DNA of 64,000 nucleotides, from NCBI RefSeq assembly GCF_964355755.1, contig NC_092676.1, forward strand, positions 24,074,871-24,138,870. The letters run 5' to 3'. The notes under the pieces are model-generated. The model saw only the letters and a list, made by a program, of their open reading frames with translations, searched no databases and was not told where the DNA came from. The translations under genes were made by a program, and so were the position numbers. Shown here piece by piece: positions 13,472-27,912 of this stretch. Position 1 is the stretch's first letter. Every line of letters starts with the position of its first letter. Source of the DNA: Antedon mediterranea (lineage: Eukaryota; Animalia; Echinodermata).

Positions 13472-15022
13472 TAAAATCAAAATAAATGTTTTATAATGAC
13501 AAAAAGCATGATCATCGACATCACACAAATAAAAATATTTATTTTTATTTAGCCTATTTCTTGCCTAGGTTGAACAGGATTGAACCAAAAAGAGTATAAA
13601 GATATACTACTGTAGTAAGCTATTCATTGAACATCATTACCAACATTACAACAGCAAAGTTCTTTATTCGGACATCCTCTACGTTTCTTTTAATCCAATA
13701 TGTTCCGTCTGATAAGGATGAGGAAACTAAAGTACTGTAAAGTATCTTGCCCAATAACAAAAACAAGTTGACATAAAGGTCTTGAATGTTCACATACAGT
13801 TCAGTAGAACTCCCTCCTTTGGGACACCCCTATTCAGGGGACACTCTTACAGTAAGTAAATAAGAGGACACTTTCTGGTGTACCAAACGAGAAGAAATAT
13901 GCAACATTACAGCCAACCCTATTCAGGGGACACTTTCTCATGAATTGAACAAAGGATGATAAATGTATTTATAGCCAACCCCTATTTAGGGGGCACACGC
14001 TAAAGGGGACACTTTGGTCCTAAAGGTATCCTTTCCATCCTTTCCAGGATAATAATAATAATAATAATTTTCTTTCTCATGAATATTTAATAATAAATTT
14101 GCATAAAAATGTCTTTTAAAAATACCATACATACAGTACTCAGACTTAATAGTATTTCTACTTTACGTTATAAAAGTATGTACTTTTATGTGGTGTAAAA
14201 TTATCGTTGGATGTGAAACAGTTGATATTTATGATGAGCAGTTGTTGTGATATAATATATGCTCATTAATATGCGCGCTATATATTTGAATATATACATC
14301 ACATGAATACATATTGGTTTCTCCACTGGTGCATAAAATGAATAACAAAAATAGATACATACTAAAAGACTAGTGGTGCCTACCAGCCTATTTTGACAGT
14401 TAAAAGCTGAAATACCATACACTGAATTTAAAACGATCTTGTTTTTAGTGCAATGTTTTAGTTGTACATTAAAGTTTACATGTATTAAATCCTGAACATG
14501 AAATCCTATACTTTATTTTATTGTACTGATCTGTATGTTTGACAAAAATAAATCCGGTTAAAATGCTCTTTTTATGTATTATAATAAAATAATCAAATCA
14601 TTTTACACTCAGTATTTTGAGTGACATTTGAGGGTATTTTGAGTGAAATTTTTGGGTATTTTGAGTGACATTTGAGTGGATGTTAGTTGCAGAGAAATTA
14701 AAATTTTAAAATGTTATTCTAATAGCAATCTTTAGTACAGTCTGATTTCATTTCCGTTAAAAATATTAAAAGTTTACCAGCTGTTATTTTAAAATATTTT
14801 TTATCTTTAGTTTTGAAATGAAGAATTTTATACTTTTTTTTTTTGCAATTAGATTTTAAAACATTTGATTTGCTTTTAAATCATGACACCGACAGAAGAA
14901 CCCTATAATAAAGGGATGACTTCATGACAAAAAAAGTATTGAAGTGCAATATTAACCCTACAGTAATTACAGTAGAGTGAATCTACTGTACTATTACAGT
15001 GACTATAATCTTGTAAAATTTA

Positions 15023-15174
15023 AGATGTCTACTCTATCAAACTAGTTTGACAAAAAAAGTGTGATGTGCCAAAATATGGTAGTGATATTCCCAAATATGG
15101 TAGTAACTTGCTATCCATATTATGGGCACCTCACATTGTTTTGTCACATAAGGTTTAATAGTGTAGACAGAGCT
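15023..15174. mobile_element. MITE family A (opposite orientation)
   Basis: Same TIR and internal sequence, left end eroded. Confidence 0.8.
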
Positions 15175-15439
15175 TTAATCTATTTCTTGCCAAGCTAATA
15201 CCTAGATAAACTGACAATAGCCTATCCCTCTCTATGAATAAAAAATACTGTACATTACAAAACAAAAAATCAGTCTTCAAGAAACACCCCTATAAGAATC
15301 GTCTGATAATTCATTCTAAGGACTCTATACCATTGTTGTCATTACTTTTCGTAACGCCAATTGTGTGTGTGTTTAGTATATAAAATCTGTAAGCAAAATA
15401 ATAATTCTTTTGTTTGTTTTTTTTTGTGTGTGTTTGTAG

Positions 15440-15541
15440 GAGTTTGCAACGTTAACCAAAGAGCTAAACCATGCAAGGGAGCAGATATTAGACCGAGAGG
15501 AAGAGATTGCTGAACTGAAAGCAGAAAGGAACAACACAAGG
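15440..15541 (+). CDS. PPFIA: Liprin-alpha exon (N-terminal coiled coil), [34 protein letters not shown]
   Basis: tgtttgtag acceptor, AGG|gtttgt donor, 102 nt, phase 0/0; peptide matches the conserved liprin-alpha [24 protein letters not shown] segment. Confidence 0.95.
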
Positions 15542-15797
15542 GTTTGTATACCAATAACAATTTCTTTAAATCCTGATACTACAAAATTCCAAAAGAGGTG
15601 GTTGCTGTCTGCAGTCTTTCATTGAGACTAGATTTTCGCGTTGACTATATGTTGACTGCCCACCTATTACGTCATTTCTATGATATGCCCGCATACGCTA
15701 GACGACTCGCACACCGACGACAAATTTGAGCACTTGTTCAATGTTGGCGTTCGCTTTCTGACATGAATACCAGTTGACACCAAATTACATTACATCA

Positions 15798-15985
15798 CAC
15801 ATTCACTGGCACGTCAACGTAAATGTCCACTTTAATCTAAAAGTTCATATATCTGTCGACGAGAAACAGTCGACTACCACCCATGTGAACATACATTCAC
15901 TGGCACGTCAACGTAAATGTCCACTTTATTCTAAAAGTTCATATGTCTGTCGACGAGAAACAGTCGACTACCACCCATGTGGACA
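15798..15985. repeat. ~93-bp tandem duplication
   Basis: cattcactggcacgtcaacgtaaatgtccac...gtcgactaccacccatgtg present twice. Confidence 0.9.
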
Positions 15986-18900
15986 TGTACTTTGTTCACG
16001 TTTATTCAAATCTAAAAGTCCCTATTGATATTTTGACACATTGTTATATACTATCAATATGGGTTTTGACAGGTAGAATAAAGACATAAATAATTGGGAA
16101 AGAATTACTTAAAACAGAACCATTTCCTAACTAATAATTTGATGAATATAAATAGAGGTCATACTACGATTGAATAGCAGGAGCCAGATATCTTGAGAAT
16201 ACATCATACCTTAATTAAAGCCTTCAAGTAAACAAGAAAAAGAGACACATATATATGCACAGTGCAATGTATTGCGTTAAATTAAATATACTTTTTTTGT
16301 AGTTTCTCATTTTAAAAGGTTAAATTTTGAGCTAGAAAAATTAGATAAACCAATGCTTGAGATACATCACTTGTATTGATTTTTTTTTAAATGCTTGTTC
16401 AATTAAAAAATTAAGCGCTCAAAAACTGAGAGAAATTTAAATGCAGATACCGACATAATGTGCTTTTACTATTTCGAGCAATGTTAAATATACAATAAAT
16501 AACTCTAAGATTTTAATAAGCTTTTGCCTGGTCCGTTGGTTTATTTGCAAAAAAAAATTTAAATTGGATAATTTAAAAATTGTGGGCATTATTGTACAAA
16601 TAAACTTACTTTACACAAGCTTGGTAATTTACTTGGCAAATGAACTACCCATTCCTATAAAGATCCTCTAATGAGGACGTGCCACGGATGAATGGGTAGG
16701 ATCGTCCTGCTGGTATTGACTATTGCGTTTCAGTTATGATTCTGATATCAGACAAATTTATTCTTTCCATCGAGGTATAATTATTTCTATTTTGATGTTG
16801 AAACTAATTTTAAATGTCCCAATTGGACATAGTCTTGATCTAATACGAGTTGACTGTCTATCATAGAAAAATAAATCTCTAAAAATAAAAATTATATAAT
16901 AGTTACACACTGATATCTCCTATTTTTGTTATCCTATGTAACTGTCTGTACATATGCTAACTATCCGTACATATGCTAAATATCCAAAAATAAGATTTTG
17001 GCCAATAATATGAGCAGCACAAGTCATTTTATGCCAATATATAATCCTATTATCAACAGTGATATTATGTTACACTTTTCAATTATAAATGATAAAAAGC
17101 AGCTTTTGTACAATAAACTTGATACAGTATTACTGTATATAGATAAACACAATTTTTGTAAGAAGGCCTTTCTAAAAAAAAACATGTCCTCTTAATAGGG
17201 GTGTCCGTTGAATATGGGTTTGCCGTAGTAGACAATATACACAATATATTGCTCCTTGGTTAGTGTCTCCTATGAACATGGGTGTCTCCTGAATAAAGTT
17301 GTCCCAAAGGCAGAGTTCTATCATAATTTAAACAAAACATTTTTTAGTTCTTCACTTCTGTTGATAGCTTTGCTGCAATGTACTGTATGAAAATCACCTT
17401 TAACAAAAGCCTTTATCTAGTTTAAAATAGTCATTATTTTTTAAACAGCAGAACATCAATTTATTAATGAAAGAAAAAACTAATGGATAGATTTATAAAA
17501 TATTATGTCAGAACACATTGATATATCATTATAAAGATATGGCACTAAAAGATGTGCAACTTTCAATTGAGATGTAAAGAAAAAAGATTCCAAGTTCAAG
17601 GCTTGCATATAATAATGCAATTAATGTGAAAACATAGTCTCGTTTCATATAAAACATTACCATTTTTAGGCAGTTATATTTTATAATGTGATAAATATAA
17701 TGAATTTTAGATTGTTCTCTCCCTAATAGAACTGAACTTCTACTACAATGCTTTAAAAAACATAGTCTTAATGTAAAAATGATGCATTGTATTTCATTAT
17801 TATAAATTGTATTCCCTTAGAAATGGAAAAGTTATTTAAAATATATGAGTATATAAGTGCATTAGTGTAATTATAAAAAATGCTAAATAAAATGTTTTAT
17901 CTACTTTAATTGCGTTGTTAATGTTTGTGGGTTCTGTACAGACTACTTGTCAGATTGTACGATTGTATTTTTGTACAGCAGAACCCATATTAACTGGACA
18001 CCTTCAGGACCCAACAAAGGGCCTTGGATAAGGGTTAGCTATAGTGTTAAAACAACTGATCATCATTCATTTCATGGGAAATGAAATAGAGGTGTCCCCT
18101 TTTCAGAGGATGTTACAAGGAAGGTACAGAAATTTTCAATTGCATTAAAGTACAGACTGTACTGTTACTATAGTAGAAATTTATTTAGAAAAAAAAAAGT
18201 ATGTTTTTTTAGAGATTTTACAGTTTTTCATTGACTTCGGTTTCGAGATAGTAGAGTCATGGAGATATAACAGTTGTGTAATTTGGATATTGTGTGAATT
18301 AATGTCTATTGTGTATGGTAAATAATATATTACAAAGAACACTATAAAAATACATAAAAAATGCAACAGGATAAGATAATAACAAAGAAACCACAATAGG
18401 ATTATTTAGAAAAAATAATACTTTACAAAAATTTGAAGGACATAATAAACTATACATTCATGCATATATTGTACTCTATTGAACTTGTTGAAATGATCTT
18501 GGAATAGTATTAAAGCTGGTTAGTAGGTAATAAAATCTAATGCTAGAATAGAATCATTCCGTTATAGTTAGCAAGCGACGCTATAAATTCAAATTGAAAA
18601 CCAGAGAATTGAATTAGTGTAAAGGAATATAGTTTATTTCCTACATTTACCAAAGGTAGAGAAATGTATTTAAGTAAAAGCTGACGGATAAGTTTAACAA
18701 CCATTTATATTCAAAGTAGAGGTCGTTGTACTTTGTAATTGTAAGTTGATGTTGCAATATATTTTTTAAACATAAGATGCTGTTTATCAGTAACTATTAA
18801 GAGTGGGTGCAATCAACAAAGGTGAATAACAGTTGAAAGTACTAGTGTAATAAACATTTATTTCCAAAAAATTCTGTTATTACTCTTAGTCTTTAGCACC

Positions 18901-19940
18901 TAATACAATGTTTCTAATTTCTTTACACATAAAAATGATCCATCAAATATCCCAAGATAACCAAAAAATGAAGAAGCAGGAAAACCATTTAAACCGCTCC
19001 ATTCTCCAGCAATGTAGCAATTGTAATCTAATTCTCAATAATAAGTTGATCTTACTAGTGTTGATACTTTGTACTGATAATAGTCTATTTTGATATCATA
19101 TAAGGAAGCACACTATAGTATTTCCAGTAAGAGACCACCTCGTGGGTGTTTTTTCCACCCACAAGAACCCTAATTAATACACTTAACAAAGCTACAGTTT
19201 AATGTAGTATTGCCTATGAATTAACCATACTGTAAAATCTTAATTGGGGATTTATTGTTGGGAAAAAAAAAACAAGATTACAGTACGGACCAAAGGCTAA
19301 TACATAAACACTACACATTTTTTTTATCGAGAAGAAAGCCATTAAATACAACAAATAAATTATAGAACTGTTCTATTCTAATATACTGTAGAGCAAATGT
19401 AAAATATTATATAATAAGAAATGTATTCACCACTGAAAAGAATGTAGCAAATAAATGTGAAACATCAACAAAATAAAAAACACTTCTAAATCACAACAGC
19501 TTTTTGAAGCATTTGTAGCCAATTTCCTTCAGTATCAACAACCAATAGGAAGGCATGTACATTTCCCATGTCTGCAGCTGATAGTTTGTAGCTAATAAAC
19601 ATGCTGGAGAAAACACACAGAAGTTCTCTAAGAGGGAGAGTTTGATTTTGACATCTTGTTTGCTCTATTTAATAACAATAGACTTTTATAAGCATTAGCT
19701 CTGTCAAAAATATGTGATGTGCACATATATGGAAATGGTGATGTCATATCACTACCACATATGGGCATATCACTACCATATTTGGGCACATCACACTTTT
19801 ATAAATCCCTTTCCTTTAACCAAATAAAGAATTCATATACTTTGTTGTAATACTTTCTTTATAGAGATTCATATTTAACATAATTGCAAATAAAAGTAGA
19901 TTTATAATCATCAAATTATTATCATTTCTGTTTTTTTTAG

Positions 19941-20294
19941 TTGCTTTTGGAACATCTAGAGTGTTTAGTATCCCGGCACGAGCGATCACTCAGAATGACG
20001 GTGGTTAAACGTCAAGCCTCCTCTCCCGCTGGCGTCTCTTCAGAAGTAGAAGTACTAAAAGCGTTGAAATCATTATTTGAACATCATAAAGCGCTCGACG
20101 AAAAGGTGCGCGAGAAGTTAAGGATAGCAATGGACCGGGTAGCATCGCTTGAAGATGAACTTATACAAACGCAAACGGAGAATCAAATTCTACGGGAACA
20201 ACATGTACGCTTAACGAATCAGGAAAAAGAACGCAAAATATCTTCCACAAATTCTAGTCATGAAGATATACCAACAGGAATTAGAATGTCTAAG
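19941..20294 (+). CDS. PPFIA: Liprin-alpha exon (LH region), [25 protein letters not shown]...[24 protein letters not shown]
   Basis: ttttttttag acceptor, AAG|gtatta donor, 354 nt; hallmark liprin-alpha peptide. Confidence 0.97.
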
Positions 20295-20777
20295 GTATTA
20301 ATACTATTAAGTTGATTTACTAATAAATGAAAAACATGTCATATTTTATTATAAGGTCTCACTTGGGTCAGCTTTTTCTCAGTCTCACAGATTTTCTCAT
20401 ATTTTACCGATTAATTTCTTGAATATTACTAGAAGATATTCAATTTGTACAATGCCTGTCAAATATGTAAATAGTGTACATTTTTCAAAAAATACTAAAG
20501 TCTTAATTTAAGTTTTCTTTTCAGTTTTAAATAATTAAATTTAAGTTTAATAAAATAATGTTAAGAAATTAGTATTTAATGTAAAGTTTCTTCTTTCATT
20601 TACCAACTTTCTCCGACCACCATTTCTAGGGGGTCAGATGAACATTACATTTGTTGGATACAGTAAATGATCTACAAAACCAGACTCCTGGATATAATAT
20701 TAGACCTGTAACTAAATAATTTTCAATAAGAAGGTGTGACTAATTTTTATGTAAACACGATTGTGTTCCTCTTGCAG

Positions 20778-20999
20778 CGGTTGTCCAACGGCTCGATCGA
20801 TCCAGATGACGACGTGAACAGGGTCATCGAACTACAAGACACACTAGAGAAGCAGAACCATGAGCTGAGGATGTCTCGAGATAGGGTGTCAGAATTCTCA
20901 GATAGAATTAATGAATTGGAAGACAAGCTAGAAATTATGCAAAAAGACCTGTTTAAATCACAAGATGCTAGTGGGAAGTATCAAAAAGAACTCCGAGAA
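20778..20999 (+). CDS. PPFIA: Liprin-alpha coiled-coil exon, RLSNGSIDPDDD...KYQKELRE
   Basis: cttgcag acceptor, GAA|gtaagt donor, 222 nt in frame. Confidence 0.93.
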
Positions 21000-22836
21000 G
21001 TAAGTTTTGTTTTCGTAGCCTTGTAGGAGGGTTAAATGGCCGAGGGGTTAAAGATATTTGATTTGATTTTATTTTATTCGGTTTCAACATAAGATTACAA
21101 GACAATATTAAGACAAAAAATTTTTGGAAAGATTAATGAAAAAAGACTGAATATGTCATTTTGCAGTTTTAGTAAAGTTATTCATTTCCGTAGAAAACAA
21201 AACTGTAAACAAATAACGATTTCATTTTTAAAAAGACAAATAAATAGTTAATTCAACCTAAAACTTCCAGTCAATTCGAGTATTTTTGCTTTACAATTAC
21301 AGTTTTTTCAGGTAAATTTTTTTTAACAATCCAATTTTTATCAAATTGAATAATATTATGTAACATTAAAATGGCATATTAAAAACAAATTAAGAAAATT
21401 AGGAAAAATATATCTTTTTAAGGTAGTGGGAGTTTTAACCATAGCTTTAACAAACCTGTTTGTCTTTAGCATGGTAAAACTATTGTCTAATAATAAATTT
21501 GAACCTCTTCTCATCATCATCTACCCACATCGTGTGCCCTATTCATCCTTATCATTTTCATCATCCTCACCTTATTATGTACACCAGTGACTATCTATAT
21601 TCTTGATGTAGAATCCTCTAAAAATACATGTTTTAGCAAACTTTGCTTTAGTTAAACTGACAGGCTTTATTTTCCAACACCTTTTTTTTTTGGTTCTTGT
21701 AGACACAATTAACAATCCATACATTTTTACGTTATCCAAAGAAAATTTTTTATAATCAAATTCTTATCATAAATGGACCTTAAAAGAATGCTAATAAATT
21801 TGACAAACAGATTTTCTGTTGGACTTTGTTCTTTAAAAAACATGAACAGTGAACTATCAATGCAATTTATTAGTCGTAAATAAACACAGAAAAAAATGGT
21901 TTTTTTTTATCTGGCTCATACCATTTACTTATAGGGGTGTTTAATAAATATTATTTAATTTTGGCTGCTTTCTATCCAGATATCAATATCACTTTTGTAT
22001 ATATGGTTTATCTTGATCTAATTTATTTTTAATGTATATTTTACTTTCCTTTGAATTTTAGACTATAAAAAAGTAATAAATAATTTAAAAGATTATTATT
22101 GTGCTTTTCTTATGTAGCATAAAGTAATTTATGAACGATAGTAAGCGTATAAATATGATACAATCAGCATAAGTTTGCAAATGTATAAAGAAAGATAGTG
22201 GGATGTGTGCTTCCAATTATCCACTCAATCTTTCTATAGCTTTTATATTTTTGCCTACATTCTACAGGGCAATATGGAAGTTGATCTATGAATTTGTTTT
22301 TATTGCTAAAATTGTTACCACTCTGGTAAAAACATTTTTAATGTGGAGGTTACCAACTATGTTTGATTAGATTTGATCTTGTGTAAAATTGCAACCCATA
22401 ACAAAGTACTTTTCATTTTAATAAGTAATCGCTTCAAAAAAATCTTTATTCATATTTAATTCATCTGATTGACAGCAATATGTTACAGTATATTCAAACC
22501 TTTTCTGTTCTTTTGACGATATTGAATGTACAGGTACTAAACAAGAGAATGACATGACAACAAATTGTCTTCATGGTAACATCATTCATAGACTAACAGA
22601 TTGGAATATGAGATAAACATTATATTATATTTTGTTGTGTCCGTTTAATATAAAGTAGATGGTATTTACAGTACATGTAATGTTCTAAGCAAGTGGGTTG
22701 ATGAAATTAATTGTGAAATTTAGCTCTCGGTGAACACTGTTCATATAAATGGCCAATTAGTTATAAGCCTCTTAATGGATTTGTAGAAAATGAAGTTGAT
22801 TTTAATGTCTGTCTTTCCTACCAATGTTTAAACTAG

Positions 22837-23118
22837 GCAATTCAACACAAAGATGAAGTGGATGACAGGATAGCCACGTTAGAGAAGCGTTACCTCAGCG
22901 CCCAGAGGGAGTCTGCGTCATTACATGACCTGAACGATAAGTTAGAATCTGAATTGTCTAATAAAGAGGGTCTTCTAAAACAAGGGGAAGATCGCACACG
23001 GCAGCTTATGGAGCGCTTGGAAGTCGCTGAACAGAAGTTGACGCATTCGATACAGAAAGCGGAGGCGTTGCCAAGTGTGGAAGCGGAACTAGCCGAGAGA
23101 ATGGCTGCTCTCTCCCAG
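22837..23118 (+). CDS. PPFIA: Liprin-alpha coiled-coil exon, AIQHKDEVDDRIATLEKRYLSAQRE...ERMAALSQ
   Basis: aactag acceptor, CAG|gtatga donor, 282 nt; conserved RI.TLEKRYL.AQRE motif. Confidence 0.95.
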
Positions 23119-23156
23119 GTATGAACTATGTTATCACTGCTAGTGCTACCTACTTA

Positions 23157-23331
23157 AGCTCTGTCTACACTATAAAACTTTATGAGACAAAAAATGTGAT
23201 TTGCCCATATATGGACACAATAATATCATATCACTACCATATTTGGGCATATTAATACCATATCAATACCATATCAATACCATAGTTGGGCACATACTTT
23301 TTGAAACTATTTTGATAGTGTAGACAGAACT
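23157..23331. mobile_element. MITE family A
   Basis: TIRs with TTA TSD. Confidence 0.85.
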
Positions 23332-23534
23332 TTAATCATCATTCATCAGAGCCTGTTAATGACCAGTGTATCCAATTATGAAAAGATAATTGATTATTAT
23401 GTAATTATGTTCAAATCATTTCTATTTTAAAGAAATATATTTAGTCATACTTTCCAAAATGCAGACCTTATACTGTAGTCTCAAATTCTTTCCTAGTTTA
23501 AAAAATTCATTGTGAAAAAACACATTTTTTTTTA

Positions 23535-23655
23535 AGCTCTGTCTACCCAATAAAACTAGTTTGACAAAGAAAATGGTATGGTAGTTATATGACATCATCA
23601 TGTATGGGCATATCACATTTTTTGTCACATAAAATTTGATAGTGCCCACAAAGCT
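23535..23655. mobile_element. MITE family A
   Basis: TIRs with TTA TSD. Confidence 0.8.
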
Positions 23656-24020
23656 TTATACTGTATTTTAAAATTCTTTCCTAGTTTCAAAAATTGTGAA
23701 AAAAACATTTTAATGTATACTAACTTTAGCATCTCAAATTGTGTTTAAAACTGTGTCATTTAGTATTGATATTGTATATAGTATTTACTGTATATAGTTC
23801 AAATGATGTTTTTGTGACATTTGATGTAACAACAGACAAATAATTAATGTACCGTTCTCTTAAACAGAAAATTGTTAAATAATATACAAAGTGTTAACAA
23901 ATGTCCATTATCTTCTCAAAATATTTAATTAATCTCTCCAAGCGTCATTTTTTTAAAGGATAATGTTTTTGCTTGAGTGCATCTCGAAGGCTCATCTACT
24001 TCAAATGTTTTTACTTTCAG

Positions 24021-24104
24021 GCTGAAGAGAGGCAGGGAACAGCCGAGGAAAATCTAAATCAACTCAAATCAGAACTAGAAGAATGTAAACAAGAATTAGA
24101 CAGG
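24021..24104 (+). CDS. PPFIA: Liprin-alpha exon, AEERQGTAEENLNQLKSELEECKQELDR
   Basis: ttactttcag acceptor, AGG|gtaagt donor, 84 nt. Confidence 0.92.
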
Positions 24105-24254
24105 GTAAGTAAAACATCTCTGTTTTTTCTCTCCTGAAATTTTTTTGTTAATTTCTGTTTTGTATTTTTCCGATTTTCTTAATTCATTTAATAGTATAGC
24201 AACAAAAATTGGTTGTGGAAAGGCTTTAGAAATTACAATTTATTTAGGATGCAA

Positions 24255-25045
24255 TTGATAGATTGATTTATTGACTTATTGATTGATTTATTGACCTATT
24301 GATTGAATTGACCTATTGATTGATTGATTGATTGATTGATTGACAGACAATGACATATTGATTGATTGACATTGATTGAGTGGGAGATTGTTTGAACAAA
24401 TCATGAAATAATTGATTTATGATTTACCAATTGATTCATTGATTAAATGATTTGAATTGATTCATTGATTAAATGATTTGAATTGATTCATTGATTAAAT
24501 GATTTGAATTGATTAAATTATTATTTATCGATTGGTCAAATGATTGATTGATTGATGAGCTTTATTGATCAATCAATCAATTAATTGAATAAATGAATGA
24601 TTGATAAAATAAGTGATATATGATTTAATGATTGCTTAAAGGATTTATTGATTCATTGATAATGATTTCAATTGATTAAATGAGTATTTATCAATTGATC
24701 AAATGATTGATTGATGAGCGTTATGGATCAATTAATGGATTGAATGAATGATTAATAAAATAATTGATATATTGATTGCTTAAACGATTGAGTGATTAAA
24801 TGATTTCAATTGATTAAATTATTATTTATCAATTGATCAAATGATTGATTGATGAGCTTTATGGATCAATTAATGGATTGAATGAATGATTAATAAAATA
24901 ATTGATATATTGATTGCTTAAACGATTGAGTGATTAAATGATTTCAATTGATTAAATTATTATTTATCAATTGATCAAATGATTGATTGATGAGCTTTAT
25001 GGATCAATCAATCAATTAATGGATTGATAAAATAATTGATTTATT
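24255..25045. repeat. Degenerate (GATT)n microsatellite with higher-order ~135-bp duplications
   Basis: ttgattgatt runs and repeated blocks. Confidence 0.85.
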
Positions 25046-25070
25046 AATACTTATATCAAACATAATTTAG

Positions 25071-25202
25071 GCTCGTGAGAGAGAACGAATGAATGAAGAA
25101 CACAACAAGAGGCTATCTAATACAGTAGACAAGTTATTATCCGAGTCTAATGAGAGGCTACAAATCCATCTGAAGGAACGTATGGCTGCATTAGATGATA
25201 AG
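25071..25202 (+). CDS. PPFIA: Liprin-alpha exon, [44 protein letters not shown]
   Basis: atttag acceptor, AAG|gtaagt donor, 132 nt; highly conserved liprin-alpha peptide. Confidence 0.96.
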
Positions 25203-25462
25203 GTAAGTACCATGGCTTCATACTGTAATCTCTCTGTTCTTGATATGCCTACTTAACATATTACAATTTTTACCTATGAATATTTCAGGTAGTAGATAAT
25301 CATCTCTGTTGCATAAGATGGATTAATTCTAATAAGCTTTAATTCGATCTTAAAAAATGTTTTACATATTTGAGATTTATTTAATATTGGCTGTTAATAT
25401 TTATCCCTTCAAGCTATATACAGTACAACCTTTTTATTAAAAGGACACCTTTTAAGCTTAAA

Positions 25463-25764
25463 AGCTCTGTCTACACTATCAAACTAGTGTGATTATAGCA
25501 TTTATTAATTTCATCAATATTTATATAATTTTATTTACTTTTTTTACCCAATAGCACAAGTTTTACCACTTTATTAATCTTTCAATTTATCATTATTAAC
25601 TTACAGTATCATGTAAAGCTCTGTCTACACTATCAAACTAGTGTGTGATGTGCCCAAATATTGTAGTGATATACTCAAATATGGTAGTGATATGACATCA
25701 TCATGTCCATATATGGGCACATCACATTTTTTGTCCCATAACGTTTGATAGTGTAGACAGAGCT
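25463..25764. mobile_element. Composite MITE family A copy: extra left TIR, ~125 bp of captured DNA, then a full MITE (25617-25764)
   Basis: Two left TIRs (25463 and 25617) and one right TIR; the spacer matches 38011-38140. Confidence 0.8.
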
Positions 25765-27639
25765 TTAGAGACCCAATAAAGTGTCCCCTTAATGGGCGTT
25801 GGCCATAGCATTATGACATATGCCCTTTGTTAAACAGGAACATGTACCCTTAATAGGGCCATGTGTTCTATTGTAATTGGTATTGCATGGATGATTTATT
25901 TATATGCTGTATTACAATGATAAATATATTACTTTTTGTAGTGGAATTGCAATAAAGTTTATGACCTTTAAAACTATATTTTGCCATTTATATGGTCAAA
26001 GTTTCAACAATTTGTTGTCAATAAATATTAATTTATTTCTAAATCCGTTCTCAAATTAGTTTATATAATTTTATCCCATATTCAATATCATAGTTGGCTG
26101 GAGTCATTGCCATATTCCTTAAAAAAATTACAGGGTTGAGGAACTTTGCAATAATATTTTGGTACAAAGCTAAAAGAAGTTGATTTCTATTTTTGCTCAA
26201 TTTAAATTCACAATGTTCGGAACACAGGACAGTAACCTTTTACTAAAGTAGATCTCCTGTACTGCTGTCAGAACTTTATATAGAAACGATTAAAATTGTC
26301 ACGGTTGAATGCACCGCTAATCAACAACCGAGTTAATCCAATCACATCGTTTCATTTATCACATCTCTTTGCATTTGCCTTACAAATTAACTGATAATAT
26401 AAACGGAAGAATTATCTTAAAATCTTCACACAATATTTTGATTTTTAACTAATCGTCCATATTTGTGTTAAATTCAGGAAATCGGTTAAAGGGGTATGGG
26501 ATGGGAGTTGTTCAAGCATAACTTAATCTAATTTATTCATTTGACCTTTGTACTCCTTACTATTCCATGAACTGTCAAACATTATTTATTGAAATTTACT
26601 TTTAGTAAATATATCATTCATAATTTTATATGATATTTCGTGATGCTTTAAGGAAATAATTTCAAGAATCCAACCAAAATTGTATTGATCTAGTTTTGTA
26701 GCAGGTTCTCATTATCTGTGTCTATATAATTTGCCCAGTATCAAGGTAAAATCTGTAATACAGTATCACATCATATGTGGTGCCTGTATCATAGGCTATA
26801 AGCTTATTATAGCTTATTTTGTATAATTAATAATATTTCCATTATAAATCTATGTTCCACAAACACTAAACTCTGATGATGTCATATCACTACCATATTT
26901 GGGCACATCACACTTTTTTTGTCAAACTGTAGTTTGATAGTGTAGACAGAGCTTTAGTTTGCCGACCCAGTTAATTTCTTATGTACTCATTCAATTATAT
27001 GCACATTTATGTTAATTTTTTCTTTCTGAGGTTTTATAAATATTTTGCAATATTTCATAATGAGAAAAGATATTTTCTTTTCATGTTCCACATCATTTTT
27101 CCACAAACCTTAGTTCGTTGACCCAGTTAATATATTCTCCTCCTCGTAAATTAAAAATAAGCAATCATGTTCTTTTATGTTTGACCTTACGGTGACCCTT
27201 TAATTGTGTGATAACATTCAAGACTGAATCCATATTAAGTGTTGATTATTTTTGCTGCAGATCCAAATTTACGTATATTAGAGACTTTGTTATTTTACCT
27301 TTTATTGTACCTTATTCTATTAATCTTGGTTTATCCGTATCTTTGACATAATGTTTATATTAATTATCTTTAATCGCTTTTTATCTTAAAAGCTTTGTAA
27401 ATTACCAAACTAATTTCATTACTCCAGATACGACTAAAAGGCTTTCCAATTAAATGTTCTTTTGTATTTTTCTCTACCTTTAAAAAAAAAAAAAAATTCT
27501 AAATTCTTGATTGAAAAAAGAAATTTTACTATGAAGTTGAATACCTTTCTCAAAGAGTAGAATGAAATTTACCACAAATTGTGTTATTAAATTAATACAG
27601 TTATTTTAAAATATTTCTCTTTTTTAAAACAAAAATAAG

Positions 27640-27912
27640 AATGCACTGACTCAAGAGTTAGACCGTACCCGTAAAGCTCTCGACGAAATCCAGCTTGAAA
27701 AGGAACGGTTAGAAGAAGATTACGATCGTTATCGTATCGAGCATAAGTCATTAAATCGGCCAATGTCTTCAGATGTCATGCCCACTGTGCCGGATGTGGT
27801 TATAGGGAACGCAACTCAGGAAGTAGATATGGATATAAGCGGGATGACTGGTGGAGTAATTAGACGTCCGCAAAAGGGCCGGCTACAGGCTCTGCAAGAT
27901 GATCCGTCTAGG
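27640..27912 (+). CDS. PPFIA: Liprin-alpha exon, NALTQELDRTRKALDE...RRPQKGRLQALQDDPSR
   Basis: Open frame of 273 nt, AGG|gtgaga donor; conserved RRPQKGRL.AL.D.P motif. The acceptor (aaaaataag) is atypical, so the start is less certain. Confidence 0.85.

Noticed and set aside
1-15439. Canonical first coding exon of liprin-alpha (MMC.VMPTI...LMV.ML.ERD...LPQ)
   Set aside because: No such peptide found by eye or in the ORF track; it presumably lies upstream of the window.
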